From Flavobacteriales bacterium (GTDB taxonomy: Bacteria; Bacteroidota; Bacteroidia; Flavobacteriales_F; PHOS-HE28), in contig JANMKC010000010.1 in assembly GCA_031371785.1 (NCBI GenBank), positions 389 through 64,388 on the forward strand: 64,000 nucleotides of DNA. The letters run 5' to 3'. How positions within the stretch are numbered: position 1 is the stretch's first letter; the number at the start of each line of letters is the position of its first letter. Below, in pieces: positions 10,518 through 18,674 of the stretch. Made by a program: the position numbers and the translations under genes. The notes under the pieces are model-generated. The model was not told where the DNA came from. It worked only from the letters and a program-made list of their open reading frames with translations, and did not search any database.

Positions 10518-10925
10518 TCAGATGCGCAGCACGCGGATCCCCGTCAGTCGTTCACGTCCGGAAAGCGGAGGCGGACGGCCATGCACCTCGGCCACGACCA
10601 AGGCGGGCATCGCGTCCGCTGCGGTCGCCATCGGAAATGTGCCGATCATCGCAGCCAAGCTGAACACGTTGCGCACTTCACAGGTCGCATCGTACTTCAC
10701 CGCTTGTGCATGCGTGTAGTCGCAGCAATGTTTCGTCACGCGGGGTTGATCGGCCTGTCCATCCGTATGGCAACAGGGAGCGATGCTGATCCATGCGCAG
10801 GAGGTCTTGCCCGAACTCAGGCAGTCCATGCGCCACAATGCGGGCGCGGTGGTAGCCGACAAAAGCAGCAGCGCCAAGGGCGTCACCAGCCAGTTGTTCC
10901 TGCGGATGATCCCCAAGCCACGCAT
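10518..10925 (-). CDS. HYC_CC_PP-like small membrane-anchored Cys-rich protein (paralog 2)
   Basis: 135 aa, same length and layout as 3176-3583: TM, APCCHTDG, KHCCDYTH, GRPPP, tail RLTGIRVLRI. Confidence 0.6.
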   Translation of the reverse strand: MRGLGIIRRNNWLVTPLALLLLSATTAPALWRMDCLSSGKTSCAWISIAPCCHTDGQADQPRVTKHCCDYTHAQAVKYDATCEVRNVFSLAAMIGTFPMATAADAMPALVVAEVHGRPPPLSGRERLTGIRVLRI

Positions 10926-11116
10926 TGCGCATCAAACCTAAGCAAGCCGCAGCCGTTCAGCTCCTCCCATATCGCGCCCTCTTGGGTTCCTGGTGCTGGT
11001 CGTGAAGGATGCAACACCAAGCTGCATTGGACCGAAAGATCCCAATGGTCCACACGATCATGCGGCCCGGGCGGAAGCCTTGCTCCTACTTTCACGCTCT
11101 GATCCAACACCCGCTC

Positions 11117-11896
11117 ATGCAACGACCCTTACTCCTTTCGCTTTCCCTTCTCACCGCCGCTGGTCTCACTGCCCAAACAGCCGTGGACTTCACGTTGAAC
11201 GACTGCGCGGGTGCGAGCCACCACCTGTTCGATGAACTGGATCAAGGGAAGATCGTGATCCTGGAGTTCGCCATGATCCCCTCATGCACGCCTTGCATAC
11301 AGGCTGGTGGGATCCTCCAGACCGTGCGAAACAATTTCGAGGCGACCAACCCCGGCCGGGTGAAATGGTACACATGGGGTGGCGTCGATGCCTATACCTG
11401 CGCGCAGATGAGCGATTGGGAGACCAGCCACAGCCTGGTCCCGGATGGCACCTTCATCGATGGTAGTGCGATGGCCACCAACTACGGAGGCTTCAGCATG
11501 CCCACCATCGTGGCGCTGGCGGGCACTGATCACAACAAGATCTTCGAGCAGCATGGCTTCGTGACCAACCTGCAAGGCCACATCACCGATGCCATCAACG
11601 CTGCGCTGACCGTTTCCGTGAACGAGGTACCGATGTCAACGATCAGTGCTTCGCTAGCACCGAACCCGGCGAACGACGTGGTGAACCTGAACGTGAGCAT
11701 GCGTAGCACAATGGATCTGTCCATCACCGTGTATGACAATGCTGGCCGCGTGGTGAAGAGCCTCCCCAAGCAGGCAATGACCACTGGGGCGCACACCTTG
11801 CCGATAGCCGTGGACGAACTGGCCATCGGGCCCTACTTGCTGGGCATCTCCGGTTCGTTCGGTTCGCAACGTATCCCCTTCGAAGTGGTCCGCTGA
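11117..11896 (+). CDS. Thioredoxin-fold (redoxin-like) protein with T9SS C-terminal domain
   Basis: Start trimmed to MQRPLLLSLSLLTAAGLTAQ; CxxC motif IPSCTPC; CTD ASLAPNPANDVVNLNV...GPYLLGISG. Confidence 0.65.
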   Translation: MQRPLLLSLSLLTAAGLTAQTAVDFTLNDCAGASHHLFDELDQGKIVILEFAMIPSCTPCIQAGGILQTVRNNFEATNPGRVKWYTWGGVDAYTCAQMSDWETSHSLVPDGTFIDGSAMATNYGGFSMPTIVALAGTDHNKIFEQHGFVTNLQGHITDAINAALTVSVNEVPMSTISASLAPNPANDVVNLNVSMRSTMDLSITVYDNAGRVVKSLPKQAMTTGAHTLPIAVDELAIGPYLLGISGSFGSQRIPFEVVR

Positions 11897-11908
11897 ACTC
11901 CGTTGATC

Positions 11909-12598
11909 ATGAAGATATCTTGCATAGGTCTGGTCGCATGGTCGCTCGCAAGTGCCAGTGGACTCCAAGCGCAGACGTTCACGGTGACGCCCAACGACAC
12001 GATGTGGGTGGTCGTGCCACCATCTGGGATCTCGATCTTCGATATCTACCAGGAGAACATCACCAGCGCCGCGATCGACTTCGTATGGTCACCGGTGTTC
12101 AGCGACATTCCGGCGGGCTGGGATTATTCGATGTGCGATCTCGGGCATTGTTATATCGGCCTGCCGGCGACCGGCGCGATGGATCCCGTTCAGCCGGGTG
12201 AACAAGGCTTCCTTGGCCTGAACCTGAACCCGCAGAACATCAGCGGCAGTGGAATGGTGCAGTTGCTGGTGAACGACGTGAACGATCCCAACAACGGCCA
12301 GGTGCTCACGTGGATATTCGAGTCGCAGGCCACGATCGGCATCAACGAGGCTTCGCCGTTCGCGAATGTCAGTGTTTACCCTAACCCTGCTGAAGAGGCG
12401 ATGACGGTGTCCGGGTTCTTCGACGTGCGACCCGAACACCTCACGGCCATTGACGCGATGGGAAGGCGGATCGCCTTGGCGGCGAACATGGGTGGGAAGA
12501 CGATCACAGTGGACCTCACCTCGCTGGCGGCTGGCCACTATGTGCTGGAGATGTCACAGGGCGACCAGTTGTTGCGCCGCCCCTTCATCAAGCGCTGA
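11909..12598 (+). CDS. Hypothetical secreted protein with T9SS C-terminal domain
   Basis: Signal MKISCIGLVAWSLASASGLQAQ; CTD VSVYPNPAEEAMTVSG...GHYVLEMSQG. Confidence 0.65.
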   Translation: MKISCIGLVAWSLASASGLQAQTFTVTPNDTMWVVVPPSGISIFDIYQENITSAAIDFVWSPVFSDIPAGWDYSMCDLGHCYIGLPATGAMDPVQPGEQGFLGLNLNPQNISGSGMVQLLVNDVNDPNNGQVLTWIFESQATIGINEASPFANVSVYPNPAEEAMTVSGFFDVRPEHLTAIDAMGRRIALAANMGGKTITVDLTSLAAGHYVLEMSQGDQLLRRPFIKR

Positions 12599-12599
12599 C

Positions 12600-13460
12600 G
12601 TGTTCCGGTGGCGTGACCTGGTGTTCGCTGTCGCGCTGGTCTGCACTACCGGTGCGTATGCTTCCATCGCCCGCACGGTCCACATCGATCGGGGCATCTT
12701 CACGACCGTTCATGGAACCACCTTCCCGTGGTTGGCCTTCAACAGCACGCCGCTGTTCGATCCGTTGAACGCGGTGATCGTTCTTTCTCCGGGCGATGTG
12801 TTGGAACTCACCGTGGTGAACAACGACACCACGGTGCATGGTATCGCCATCGCTGGGGTTCTGTCGCAACCCGGCAGCATCCTTCCCGGCGATTCGCTCA
12901 CCGTGGAGCTGGTCACCACCATCGAGCGGAACTACATCTACAGCGACCCGACCGCGTATCCGAAGAACACCTATCTCGGTCTGGCGGGGATGATCTGCGT
13001 CACCGCCGCCACCAGCCAGGTCTATTTCTGGAACATCAAGGAACACGAGCGATCGTTCAATGACACGCTCGCGAGCGGTGGCACGGTGGATTGGAGCACC
13101 TATGATCCGGATTATTTCACCATCAACGGCCTGAGCCATCCCGATCTGCAGAACGACCTCACGGCGAAGATCAACTGCACGCTGGGTGACACGGTACGCA
13201 TCTTCGTCACGAACACCGGACAAAGCGCGCACGCGATCCACTTCCACGGCTTCCATTGCACGGCGCTGTACAATTCTGACGCGTTACGGACCGGCTGGAG
13301 CAAGGACACCTGGCCGCTGCGTTCCATGCAGTGCGCGTTGCTGGAATTCGTTGCGGACAAGGTCGGCCGATACTCCGTGCATGATCACAACCTCGTAGCC
13401 GTGAGCGGTGGCGGCACACACCCCAATGGCATGTTCATCATTACCGATGTGGTGCCCTGA
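12600..13460 (+). CDS. Cupredoxin/multicopper-oxidase-like protein with degenerate copper sites, no T9SS domain
   Basis: GTG at 12600, 2 nt after upstream stop; HAIHFHGFH (HxHxHG-like) and YSVHDHNLVAVSGGGTHPNGM, where the expected HCH is HDH. Confidence 0.6.
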   Translation: MFRWRDLVFAVALVCTTGAYASIARTVHIDRGIFTTVHGTTFPWLAFNSTPLFDPLNAVIVLSPGDVLELTVVNNDTTVHGIAIAGVLSQPGSILPGDSLTVELVTTIERNYIYSDPTAYPKNTYLGLAGMICVTAATSQVYFWNIKEHERSFNDTLASGGTVDWSTYDPDYFTINGLSHPDLQNDLTAKINCTLGDTVRIFVTNTGQSAHAIHFHGFHCTALYNSDALRTGWSKDTWPLRSMQCALLEFVADKVGRYSVHDHNLVAVSGGGTHPNGMFIITDVVP

Positions 13461-14682
13461 TCCCCTGTTCCGGTCGTTGATGATCACGGGCTGTATGGCG
13501 GGTGGACTGGTCACGTCCGCACAGAACACCATCACCTACAATTGCATCCTGCGTAGCAACGCGGGTGAACAGACCATGTGGGACGGCGTGAGCTTCCGGG
13601 TCTATGGCATCACGTCCTTGTTGGCGGAATCACCGCACGCTCCCGCAAAGACGCTCTTCTGCAACGAGGGGGATTCCGTCGTGCTCAGTACGCTCAGTTT
13701 CTCGCAGGGCGAGCATCACACCATCCATTTGCACGGCTTGGATGTGGACACGCGCAATGATGGCGATCCCGCTACGTCGTTCTACCTCGCGCACGCGCAG
13801 GACACGACCTACTCGTTCCGGGCAACGCATGCAGGCACTTATCTCTATCACTGTCACGTGGCTGATGTGGTACACGTGCAAATGGGCATGTACGGGTTGA
13901 TCGTAGTGAAGGCGGCGGGCGGTGCGCATACCGCGTGGACGGGAGGCCCGGCCTATGACCAGGACAAGAACTGGATCATGTCGGAAATGGACCGATCATG
14001 GCACGATACCATCCCGGTGCATGACCTGGTGTTGGACACTGTACACATACCGCCGTACCGTCCGGACTATTTCCTGATCAATGGCATGTCGCACCAGGAA
14101 CTCGCGGACGATTCGATCCGCATCAGCGCAGCGGTGGGAGAGAACGTCTACCTCCGCATGGGCAACATCGGTTTTTTCACCAACCGGCTCGTGTTCCCGC
14201 CGGAAGTGGATGCCGAAGTGATCGACTCCGATGGCCGCCCCATCCCGAACCCTTTCCACACCGACACGCTGGACATGATGCCGGGCGAACGGTATGGCGT
14301 GATGCTGACGCCACTGCAAGAGTTCGATGGCTCCCTCGCCATGGGCTACGTGAACATGAACACCGGTTCGCTGTGGGATACGCAGCAAGTGCCCATCCAT
14401 GTGCAAGGGATGATCGGTATCGATGAAGCAAGTATGTCCGTGGATGCGATGATCCATCCGAACCCGGGCAGTGATGCGATCATGATCACGCTTCCGGATG
14501 CCATGGCCTCCGCCGCGGATCACTTTGTGATCATCGACATCCTCGGGGAACAACTCCTGCAAGGCGGATTCGCTCGCAACGCACCAATGGATGTGAGCCG
14601 TCTGGCCCAAGGCTCCTACACACTGCGGTTGTTCGATGTGCGAGGTGTGCCCTTGGCGGTGGGGCGGTTCGTGAGGGAGTAA
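13447..14682 (+). CDS. Multicopper-oxidase-like cupredoxin protein with intact T1-type motif and T9SS C-terminal domain
   Basis: ATG at 13447 overlaps upstream stop by 14 nt (alternative ATG at 13480); HHTIHLHGL, YLYHCHVADVVHVQMGMYG; CTD MIHPNPGSDAIMITL...GSYTLRLFD. Confidence 0.7.
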   Translation: MWCPDPLFRSLMITGCMAGGLVTSAQNTITYNCILRSNAGEQTMWDGVSFRVYGITSLLAESPHAPAKTLFCNEGDSVVLSTLSFSQGEHHTIHLHGLDVDTRNDGDPATSFYLAHAQDTTYSFRATHAGTYLYHCHVADVVHVQMGMYGLIVVKAAGGAHTAWTGGPAYDQDKNWIMSEMDRSWHDTIPVHDLVLDTVHIPPYRPDYFLINGMSHQELADDSIRISAAVGENVYLRMGNIGFFTNRLVFPPEVDAEVIDSDGRPIPNPFHTDTLDMMPGERYGVMLTPLQEFDGSLAMGYVNMNTGSLWDTQQVPIHVQGMIGIDEASMSVDAMIHPNPGSDAIMITLPDAMASAADHFVIIDILGEQLLQGGFARNAPMDVSRLAQGSYTLRLFDVRGVPLAVGRFVRE

Positions 14683-14909
14683 GGAACCAAACGTCCGTTG
14701 AGTTCACAGAAGATCCACGCATTGGGTTTTTCTGTTCTTCCGCACGGACCCCGCCGATCAAGAATGGATCCACGCATGCCATAGCCGATCCCTTGGAACA
14801 CCCAAGTGATCAACTATAATGCAGGGATACCGGGCACCCAGTCCTTGACTTGATGACCTTTCAAGAGAACCTGCGCGAGTTGGAAGGCGACCCGCAGGCA
14901 CACGATGTT

Positions 14910-17174
14910 TCAGAACCTGTAGCTCACGATCCCTTTCAGGAAGAACGGTGTGCCGGGTGTGAAGTGCAGTTCATCCACCGGTGTCGCTTCTCCGCGCAGG
15001 CGGCTTTCCGTGTCGAACTGTGCCTGGTTCCATTCGGTGTTCAGCAGGTTCTCCGCGCTCACGCCCACCTCCCAATGCGGGAGGCGATAGCTCATACCCG
15101 CATCGACCAGGAAATATCCTTCAGCCACCACGGAGTTCATCTCGTTCGCGGGCCGGTCAGCGATGTAGCGATAGCGCGCGGTGGCGTTCAAGCCCCGGTC
15201 GCGCTTGTAGGCGAGGCCGCCAATGGTGGTGAATTGCGGAGCCAAGGGTATGCGGTTCTCATCGCTCGGCACATCGAGGATCTCGCCATGCGAGTAGTTC
15301 ACATCCGCATCGGCGAAGATGTGGTCGGTCAGTTGGTAGCGCACGCCGAAGTCCGCCCCTAGGCGCTGCGTGGGGGTGTTGATCTCCGCCGTTCCACCGT
15401 CCCCAACGTACACGATCTCGCTTTCCAGCAAGAGCCCCCATACCGCCACGTTCATGATCACGCGTGATGCGGGCTTGAAGGTGCTGCCGATATCCGCACC
15501 GTACGCTGAAGGGAGGCTGTTCGCCGCGCGGCCCAGCACCACCGAGCGGGCATCGTTGCTGTGGAACCCGATGCCGCTGCGCAGGTAGAACTGCGTCTTC
15601 TCCGTAGCCTGATAGTACAGGTTGAGCTTCGGGCTCACGCGGCCCAACATGCGCGTGCCACTGAGCGAATCGAAGCGGTCCTCCGTGTAGTTGAAGTTGT
15701 ACACGTCGAAGCGCGCGCCGAGGTTCAGCGACCATTTCTGGCCAAGGTCCAAGGTGCCATCGAGATAGGCGCTCGTGTTCAACTGATCCAGCTGGCCGCT
15801 GCGGATGGTGTCCAGCAGCACCCGTTCCTGCACATGCAATAGGCGTATTTCGCTCATGTCATAGCGCGCGCCCAGCCCGAAGGTCCACTTCAACGGTTTG
15901 TCGCCGAGCAACGCATGTTGCGTATAGCTGCCGGCATAGCCCACGATGTGGCGGTTGTCGCGCTGGTTGATCATGTCGCCATGCACCGTGTCCTCCAGGA
16001 AGAAGGTGAAGTTGCTGAAGAGGTTGAAATCATATTTCACATAGTAGACCTGGTTCTTCAGCACGGCCTCATTGTGCAAGCGCGTAGTGAGGATCGCGTT
16101 CACGTTGGTGCGTGTGGTATGGCCACCCTCTTTGTTGTCGATGGCACCGAAGCGATCGATCAAGCCTTCGTTCACCGCGCGTTGCGGAACCTGCCCGCTG
16201 GCGTTCCAATTCGCGCCGAACGTGGACACGGTGAAGGCCAAGTGCGTCCGATCGCCAAACTGGCCACTGTACTTGCCGAAGCCATTGAAGCGGTTGAAAT
16301 CCTGCTTGCTTTCGAAATACGCATCGGTGCGCACGAACTCGCCCGCAACGTAGAGGTTCTCGTTCTTCCGGCTGAAGAGGTGCTTGTCGCCGAGCAGGTC
16401 CAGCAGGGCAATGCCGCGGAAGGTGTTGAACATGCCGCCCTCCACTTTGAGCACGCTGTTGTCCAAATGATCGCGGGTGTCGAACTCCACCGTGCCGCTG
16501 GTGGCGAGATCGCCGAAGCGCGCATTGTACGGCCCCTTGTGTACGTTGATGTGATCGATCGTTTCCGGGATCACGAAGTGCAGGTCCGCATAGCCCTGCC
16601 CGTGCGCATGGCTCACCATATTGACGGGCATACCGTCCACGCTCATGAAGAGGTCCGTGCCATGGTCACAGTCGAATCCGCGGATGAAGATCTGTTCGGC
16701 CTTGCCGCCACCCGCATGTTGGGCGATGAAGAGCCCCGGTACCATTTTCAAGAGGTCCTGTGCGGTCTGCACAGGCCGTAGATCACGGTCCAGCGCGCCG
16801 ATGGTCTGGGTGAGCGTGATCTCGCTGCGGGGTGACACGGATACTTCCTTCAGGTCGATGGCGGTGGGTGCGATCGCTACATCGAGGGTCTGGTCACCGT
16901 CGATCCGGATGGACTTCTCTTGTGTCGCGAAACCGATGAAGGCGATGCGCATCGTGTAGTCACCTGAATTCAATCCGCTGATGCTGTACGTGCCGTTGGC
17001 ATCTGCGGTGGCGCTGCGGGGGGTGTTCATCAGCATGATGCTCGCGCCCACCACGGGATCATTGTGATCGTCCGCCACGCGCCCACGCAACGTGAAGGTT
17101 TGGGACATGGTCAGCATCGAAAACCCGAGGGCGGCGACGCTGAGGAAAACACGATGGGGTAGTTGGTGTTGCAT
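14910..17174 (-). CDS. TonB-dependent receptor with CarboxypepD_reg-like N-terminal domain
   Basis: Start trimmed to MQHQLPHRVFLSVAALGFSMLTMSQ; TLRGRVADD...GDYTMRIAFIGF, plug region, long beta-barrel ending IVSYRF. Confidence 0.85.
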   Translation of the reverse strand: MQHQLPHRVFLSVAALGFSMLTMSQTFTLRGRVADDHNDPVVGASIMLMNTPRSATADANGTYSISGLNSGDYTMRIAFIGFATQEKSIRIDGDQTLDVAIAPTAIDLKEVSVSPRSEITLTQTIGALDRDLRPVQTAQDLLKMVPGLFIAQHAGGGKAEQIFIRGFDCDHGTDLFMSVDGMPVNMVSHAHGQGYADLHFVIPETIDHINVHKGPYNARFGDLATSGTVEFDTRDHLDNSVLKVEGGMFNTFRGIALLDLLGDKHLFSRKNENLYVAGEFVRTDAYFESKQDFNRFNGFGKYSGQFGDRTHLAFTVSTFGANWNASGQVPQRAVNEGLIDRFGAIDNKEGGHTTRTNVNAILTTRLHNEAVLKNQVYYVKYDFNLFSNFTFFLEDTVHGDMINQRDNRHIVGYAGSYTQHALLGDKPLKWTFGLGARYDMSEIRLLHVQERVLLDTIRSGQLDQLNTSAYLDGTLDLGQKWSLNLGARFDVYNFNYTEDRFDSLSGTRMLGRVSPKLNLYYQATEKTQFYLRSGIGFHSNDARSVVLGRAANSLPSAYGADIGSTFKPASRVIMNVAVWGLLLESEIVYVGDGGTAEINTPTQRLGADFGVRYQLTDHIFADADVNYSHGEILDVPSDENRIPLAPQFTTIGGLAYKRDRGLNATARYRYIADRPANEMNSVVAEGYFLVDAGMSYRLPHWEVGVSAENLLNTEWNQAQFDTESRLRGEATPVDELHFTPGTPFFLKGIVSYRF

Positions 17175-17481
17175 GCTATGCGCCTTAGCTCGGTGTTGGG
17201 GCGAGTTGCAGGTCCGACTGTCAGGCAGACATACGGGATCACGGGCCGATCGGATCGGCACGAAACCCTTGGCCGTTTGCTTTCTTCCCGCAGGGGTTGC
17301 CGACCATCCGATCGTGCGCTCTCGTGGATCTCTTGCGGGCGACCCTGCGCACCACGATGTGTTCACGCGCCATTAATGTCCATCGGTCGTTGGAACACAT
17401 ATTTCTCACCGAGGAGACCCTGTGGGAGGAGAAGAAGCGATGGCCCTGCATGGCAAGACAGGAAGGGCACGAAGGCAACGG

Positions 17482-18672
17482 TCACCCCGCACTCGTCGCC
17501 GAAGGATCCCGCGTACGTGCCAGCAAGGCTATCACCAGCAAGGTGCCCACTGCGGTTACCGCGAAGGTGACGGCTGGGCCGAACGTGAACCAGAGCAGCC
17601 CCGCCAGCGAACTGGCCAACAATGCGCAAATGCTTTGGAAGCCTGCGTATGTGCCAATGGCCGTTGCGGTATCCTTCGGGTCCGTGGTCTCGGTGATCCA
17701 TGCCTTGGCGATTCCTTCCGTAGCGGCGGCGTAGAGGCCATAGAGGAAGAAGAGAAGGGCGATGAAGGGCAGACTTCCACCGACAGCCATACCTAGGTAC
17801 ACCACGGCGAAGAACCCGAACCCGATAAGCAGGGTGGGTTTCAGGCCGACCCGGTCGGCGAGGATGCCAAGGGGAAATGCGGCCAGCGCATAAACAAGGT
17901 TGTAGAAGATGTACGCCCCGATGGTCTGTGCGTCGGTGAGCCCGGCATTCTTGGCTTGCAGGAGGAGGAAGACATCGCTGCTGTTGAAGAGCGCGAACAG
18001 CAGGAGACCTGCGGCGAGTTTGCGATATGCGACCGGACTGCGTTGCCAATAACGTGTGAACGCGAAGAACGAGATCGGAACTTTCTTGACCGTAGGTGCT
18101 GTGCGTACATCCTTCAATAGGAATGAGGCAGCGATGGACAGCAGCCCTGGAGCGAAGGCGATGAAGAAGAGCGGCACATATTGGCCCGGGTGGTAGTGCA
18201 GATAGAGCAACGCCGCTGCTGGCCCGAGCACCGCGCCGAAAGTGTCCATGCTCCTATGGAACCCGAAGACCTTGCCCTTGGTGCCAGGCGCGGCCGAATC
18301 GCTGAGCATTGCATCGCGCGCTCCGGTGCGGATGCCCTTGCCCAGCCGGTCGATGGTGCGGGCGAAGAAGATCCACAGCGGTGCCACGAACAGGCCCATG
18401 AGCGGCTTGCTGATGGAGCTGAGCGCATAGCCCAACTGGACGAAAGGTGCGCGTCGACCGCTTGCGTCCGACCATTGCCCGAAGTAGCCCTTGCTCAAGC
18501 CCGCGGTTGCCTCGGCAAAGCCTTCCAGCACACCGATCAGCACGATGGAAAAGCCGATGCTTTTCAAATAGATCGGCATCACCGGGTACAGCATTTCGCT
18601 GGCCATGTCCGTGAACATGCTCACCAACGAAAGGATCCAGACCGTCCGGGTGATGGGACTCTTCCCCGGCAT
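17482..18672 (-). CDS. MFS transporter
   Basis: Start trimmed to MPGKSPITRTVWILSLVSMFTDMASEMLYPVMPIYL; about 12 hydrophobic segments; start lies 3 nt after the TBDR stop. Confidence 0.8.
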   Translation of the reverse strand: MPGKSPITRTVWILSLVSMFTDMASEMLYPVMPIYLKSIGFSIVLIGVLEGFAEATAGLSKGYFGQWSDASGRRAPFVQLGYALSSISKPLMGLFVAPLWIFFARTIDRLGKGIRTGARDAMLSDSAAPGTKGKVFGFHRSMDTFGAVLGPAAALLYLHYHPGQYVPLFFIAFAPGLLSIAASFLLKDVRTAPTVKKVPISFFAFTRYWQRSPVAYRKLAAGLLLFALFNSSDVFLLLQAKNAGLTDAQTIGAYIFYNLVYALAAFPLGILADRVGLKPTLLIGFGFFAVVYLGMAVGGSLPFIALLFFLYGLYAAATEGIAKAWITETTDPKDTATAIGTYAGFQSICALLASSLAGLLWFTFGPAVTFAVTAVGTLLVIALLARTRDPSATSAG

Positions 18673-18674
18673 GT

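Noticed and set aside
14910-17366. N-terminal extensions given by the ORF track for many genes (e.g. 17366, 18840, 23062, 22951, 25619, 9850, 11009, 21197, 39641, 58690, 63334, 59516, 58639)
   Set aside because: The extensions precede clear signal peptides, lipoboxes or conserved N-termini and often overlap the neighbouring gene. Internal ATG/GTG starts were chosen instead.
17175-17481. Possible riboswitch (cobalamin or TPP) in the leader of the TonB-dependent receptor; the same was considered for 20844-21340
   Set aside because: Reading the minus strand, I found no B12-box-like GCCACTG/GGGAA..GGTG..AA.TCC core and no TPP CTGAGA..ACCTGA core. This cannot be excluded without a covariance-model scan.
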